From the NCBI GenBank assembly GCA_964509365.1, contig CAZDWN010000003.1:218917-282916 (forward strand): 64,000 nucleotides of DNA, written 5' to 3'. Positions 60,620-64,000 of this stretch are shown here, piece after piece. Each line of letters starts with the position of its first letter. The first letter of the stretch is position 1. The stretch is from an uncultured Pseudomonadales bacterium. GTDB lineage: Bacteria > Patescibacteriota > Microgenomatia > UBA1400 > UBA12028. A program made the position numbers and the translations under genes. Below the pieces are notes generated by a model, which saw only the letters and a list, made by a program, of their open reading frames with translations, did no database searches and had not been told where the DNA came from.

Positions 60620-62095
60620 ATGATACGTTTCAAGAAAAAATTACTATTTATCCTTGCACTTGGTCTTCTTGTTAGACTATATAAAGTAAACACTCCACTT
60701 GCAGACTGGCACAGCTTTAGGCAAGCGGATACTGCGTCTGTGACCAGAGAGTACGTGAAGCATGGGGTCGACCTCTTACATCCAAAATATCAAGATCTCT
60801 CCAATATTCAATCTGGCATGCAGAATGCTGGCAAAGACAATATTGAGGGATGGAGAATGGTGGAGTTCCCACTCGTCAACGGTGTGCTTGCGCTCATCCT
60901 ACGAGCGATCCCCAGCCTGGATCTCGTGATCGTTTCAAGACTTGCAAGTATTTTTGCCTCACTCGTGAGCATCGTGAGTTTGTCATTGCTCGTCAGACGA
61001 TTTTATACTGAAAAAACTGCACTGTTGACCGCCTTTGTGTTTGCGACGCTGCCATATTCTGTGTACTACTCTAGAACGATTTTGCCTGAGCCGTTTTTTA
61101 TCGCGTCTTCACTCTTGTCACTCGTCTTCTTTTCCTATTCGTACCGACGCAAAAATATAGCTCTTGGACTACTGAGTGCTGGAGTGTTTGCAGTCGCACT
61201 GCTGATCAAGCCGATGGCCATCTTTTTTATCCCGGTGTTCCTTGCGATTTGGTGGAAGGAATCCCATCGAGTCGCCAAGCGGGAGATCTTGCTTGGATTT
61301 GCGTTTTTGCTGAGTACTATTCCGCTTTTGTGGTGGAGAAAGTGGATCATGCAGTTCCCCCTGGGAATACCCTCGAGTGACTGGCTCTACAACGGTGGCG
61401 GACCTCAATACGCGCTCTCACCGGTGTATCGAGTGCGATATCGCCCTGCGTGGTTTCGTTGGATCTTTTATGAGCGCCTTTCGAAACTTTTCTTGGGGTA
61501 TTTCGGTGTCGCTTTTTTTGCGGCAGGATCAATCCGTGCGCTCGTTGATCGCTCGTATTTCTTTTTTGCTTGGGCGATTGGCGCGCTCGCCTACGTCACA
61601 GTCTTTGCGGCTGGCAATGTCCAACATGACTATTATCAGGCACCGTTGGTTCCCTTTGTCTCAATTGCCGTCGCCCTCGGTATCGTGGCAATCTATAGGA
61701 TACTGAAGAGCTATCTTCATGTTACCGTCGCAACTACAGTGTGCGTGTTCCTCATGCTGGGTATGTGCGTGTTCGCCTGGCAGCAAGTGAAGGGATACTA
61801 CAACATCAACAATTGGGATATTGTGACTGCTGGGAAAGCCGCCGATACGAGCTTGCCACCAGATGCCAAAGTCATCGCCCCCTATCAAGGAGATACTGCA
61901 TTTCTATTTCAGATCAATCGCACGGGGTGGCCAATCGGCTTTGACATCGATACGAAAATCAAAGAAGGGGCAGCATATTATGTCAGTGTCAATTATGATG
62001 ATGAAGCAAGGGCGTTAGAAACAAAATATGTTACTGTTGAAAAGAATTCGAAGTACATCATACTTGATCTGACAATGAAGAAAGCAGATCAGTAG
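60620..62095 (+). CDS. polytopic membrane protein, GT-C-fold glycosyltransferase candidate (PMT_2/ArnT-like)
   Basis: TM1 followed by RLYKVNTPLADWHSFRQADTASVTREY (a conserved acidic loop), 10-11 TM helices and a C-terminal soluble tail. 491 aa. Confidence 0.45.
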   Translation: MIRFKKKLLFILALGLLVRLYKVNTPLADWHSFRQADTASVTREYVKHGVDLLHPKYQDLSNIQSGMQNAGKDNIEGWRMVEFPLVNGVLALILRAIPSLDLVIVSRLASIFASLVSIVSLSLLVRRFYTEKTALLTAFVFATLPYSVYYSRTILPEPFFIASSLLSLVFFSYSYRRKNIALGLLSAGVFAVALLIKPMAIFFIPVFLAIWWKESHRVAKREILLGFAFLLSTIPLLWWRKWIMQFPLGIPSSDWLYNGGGPQYALSPVYRVRYRPAWFRWIFYERLSKLFLGYFGVAFFAAGSIRALVDRSYFFFAWAIGALAYVTVFAAGNVQHDYYQAPLVPFVSIAVALGIVAIYRILKSYLHVTVATTVCVFLMLGMCVFAWQQVKGYYNINNWDIVTAGKAADTSLPPDAKVIAPYQGDTAFLFQINRTGWPIGFDIDTKIKEGAAYYVSVNYDDEARALETKYVTVEKNSKYIILDLTMKKADQ

Positions 62096-62134
62096 ATCAG
62101 AAAAACTGATCACCTGGTCAACTAGTCAAATTCT

Positions 62135-63340
62135 ATGAATATTCTCATGATCACTCCGTATTTGCCGTACCCATTGGTTTCTGGTGGGCAAATCCGTACC
62201 TATAATTTGCTCAAGAATTTGCATACCAAACACAATATCACTCTCTTCTCGTACATCCGAAAAGACGAAGAGCGACAGTACATCTCAAAATTGAAACCTT
62301 TTTGCAAAGATATACGGGTGTTTAAACGCGGTCCAGTCTGGTCACCAGGGAACATTTTGCGATCGCAATTTTCTTTTAACCCGTTGCTTGTCACCATGTA
62401 CCACTCCAAGGAATTGAAGGAGGCTGTCGAATCTGAAATTGCGACTGGAGACTACAACCTGATCCATGCAGAAACATTCTATGTCATGCCGAATATCCCC
62501 AAGACGAAATTGCCGATTATCTTAGTCGTCCAGACAATCGAACATTTGGGATACAAAGAATTTACTAAGCGCCTCGGAAATCCACTCCTCAAGCCATTCT
62601 TTTACTGGGATGTACAAAAAATTAAGCATTGGGAAGAACTGTATTGGCGGACGGCGTCTCGTCTCATCGCCATGAGCGACGAAGATAAAAGCTATATTTT
62701 GAGACGCACTCCAAACGTTGGTGATATTAGTGTGGTTGCCAATGGCGTCGATGTGAAGTTCTTTGATGAAGTGCCGAAAGCAACGACTCAAGAATATATT
62801 GTCTTGTTTGTCGGTACATTTAAATGGCTTCCAAATGTGGAAGCAGTGACATACTTGGTCGAAAAAGTGTGGGATAAAATTAAAACGAAGATCCCAAATG
62901 CGAAATTGTGGATTGTCGGAAATTCGCCCACGGAGAAGATTCAAAGCTATATGGCAGCGGACCCGTCGATCGTCGTCAAAGGAAGAGTCAGTGATATTCG
63001 TGATGCGTACAAGCGAGCCAATATCTTACTTGCTCCCGTATGGAGCGGGAAAGGCACCCGATACAAAATCCTCGAAGCAATGGCGACAAGTACACCGATC
63101 GTGGCGACTCCATTGGCTGTCGAAGGTCTTGGCGTCGAGAGTGGCGTGCAGGCACTCCTAGGCAATGATGCGCAGGAACTCGCTGATAGCGCAATCAAGC
63201 TGTATCACGATCCCAAGCTTGCCGACCAGCTAGCGAAGAATGGGAAGAAACTCGTCGCTTCAAAATATGAGTGGACAACGATCGCGGAAAAACTCGATCA
63301 AGTGTACCAGGGTGTCGGAGATTCGAGTCGAAACATATGA
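62135..63340 (+). CDS. GT4 family glycosyltransferase
   Basis: MNILMITPYLPYPLVSGGQIRTYNLLKNL N-terminus and GTRYKILEAMATSTPIVATP motif. Confidence 0.8.
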   Translation: MNILMITPYLPYPLVSGGQIRTYNLLKNLHTKHNITLFSYIRKDEERQYISKLKPFCKDIRVFKRGPVWSPGNILRSQFSFNPLLVTMYHSKELKEAVESEIATGDYNLIHAETFYVMPNIPKTKLPIILVVQTIEHLGYKEFTKRLGNPLLKPFFYWDVQKIKHWEELYWRTASRLIAMSDEDKSYILRRTPNVGDISVVANGVDVKFFDEVPKATTQEYIVLFVGTFKWLPNVEAVTYLVEKVWDKIKTKIPNAKLWIVGNSPTEKIQSYMAADPSIVVKGRVSDIRDAYKRANILLAPVWSGKGTRYKILEAMATSTPIVATPLAVEGLGVESGVQALLGNDAQELADSAIKLYHDPKLADQLAKNGKKLVASKYEWTTIAEKLDQVYQGVGDSSRNI

Positions 63341-64000
63341 GTCGATTAACCATCATTATCCTCAATTTCAACACAAAAGACTTGACGCAGCGTGCGATCC
63401 AAAGTTGTTTGGATTTGGGATTCAGGGGCCTCGACGTCGTAGTGGTCGATAACGCAAGTACGGATGGATCGCAAGAAGAGTTGAAGCAAGTTGCGAGTGG
63501 AGAGTCGAGAGTACGATGCATTTTCTTGAAGGAAAACATTGGGTTTGCGGCGGGTAATAACGTCGCCCTCAAGGAAATAGACTCCGAGTTTGCCATGCTC
63601 CTCAATAGCGATGCATATTTTCCCACCAATGCAGATGTGGAATCATCACTTGATTTCATGGACCAATATCAAGATGTCGGAATCCTGAGTCCATATGTGA
63701 AGCTAGGAAATGGCAACATAGATCCAGCTTGTCATCGTGGATTTCCAACTCCATGGAACGCTTGGTCGTATTTTTTGGGATTTGAAAAAACTGGAATTCT
63801 TAAAACTGTATTTGGGGGCTACCACCAGACTTGGAAAGATCTCACGACGATCCATGAGATTGATGCATGTACTGGCGCAGCGATGATCCTACGCACGGAA
63901 GCGGTCGAGGAAGTGGGATTGCTTGATGAGCAATTTTTCATGTACGGCGAGGATTTGGATTGGTGTTTTCGATTTAAGGAGCTTGAATGGAAAATCATAT
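63337..64000 (+). CDS. family 2 glycosyltransferase (3'-truncated by window end)
   Basis: LTIIILNFNTKDLTQRAIQS ... VVVVDNASTDGS ... LLNSDAYF ... MYGEDLDWC. ATGA overlap with the upstream gene; the ORF is open to the window end. Confidence 0.7.
   Translation, partial: MSRLTIIILNFNTKDLTQRAIQSCLDLGFRGLDVVVVDNASTDGSQEELKQVASGESRVRCIFLKENIGFAAGNNVALKEIDSEFAMLLNSDAYFPTNADVESSLDFMDQYQDVGILSPYVKLGNGNIDPACHRGFPTPWNAWSYFLGFEKTGILKTVFGGYHQTWKDLTTIHEIDACTGAAMILRTEAVEEVGLLDEQFFMYGEDLDWCFRFKELEWKII

Noticed and set aside
62084-62134. gatcag-aaaaa-ctgatc hairpin as an intrinsic terminator of the GT-C gene
   Set aside because: No downstream U-run, and the next gene starts 40 bp later in the same orientation. 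It is recorded only as part of the repeat-motif observation.

Overview
This 64-kb window is almost entirely one very large cell-envelope glycan biosynthesis and decoration locus of roughly 60 tightly packed genes, many with 4-bp ATGA start/stop overlaps. The ruvC-ruvA-ruvB recombination genes sit in the middle of it. All functional calls come from motifs I recognise by eye; I could run no searches, so family assignments are hypotheses with the confidences given. I recognise the following content:
- Glycosyltransferases of at least four soluble folds: GT2, GT4, a GT11 alpha-1,2-fucosyltransferase, and HlpA-like and exostosin-like candidates.
- At least nine polytopic membrane proteins of the GT-C (ArnT / PMT / YfhO / PIG-V-like) type.
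- Two Dpm1/ArnC-like polyprenyl-phosphate-sugar synthases.
- Sugar-nucleotide enzymes: a GDP-L-fucose synthase, a UDP-glucuronate decarboxylase, an RmlD-like reductase, a GalE-like epimerase and an AsnB-like amidotransferase.
- Two Wzm/Wzt-type ABC exporters, one of whose Wzt carries a C-terminal extension, plus a third ABC-2 exporter.
- Five SAM-dependent methyltransferases, three acyltransferase-3 membrane proteins and a hexapeptide acetyltransferase.

The features the gene calls do not explain are:
- A 71-bp self-complementary element present twice (45076-45146 and 51854-51924) that brackets the ruvC/ruvA segment, with reciprocal T/A substitutions between the copies.
- A single AT-rich gene (55094-56035) encoding a lectin-like beta-sandwich fused to a TIR-like nucleotide-binding domain, a candidate defence or NAD-signalling gene.
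- A promoter, a 13-codon leader peptide and a hairpin plus U-run attenuator-like leader in front of the third ABC exporter.
- An Arn-like module (decarboxylase + ArnC-like GT2 + ArnT-like GT-C, with no aminotransferase) beside a tandem array of three GT-C genes, suggesting lipid-linked pentose glycosylation.
- GATCAG-type inverted repeats at two consecutive gene ends.

I saw no rRNA, tRNA, CRISPR array, transposase or integrase.
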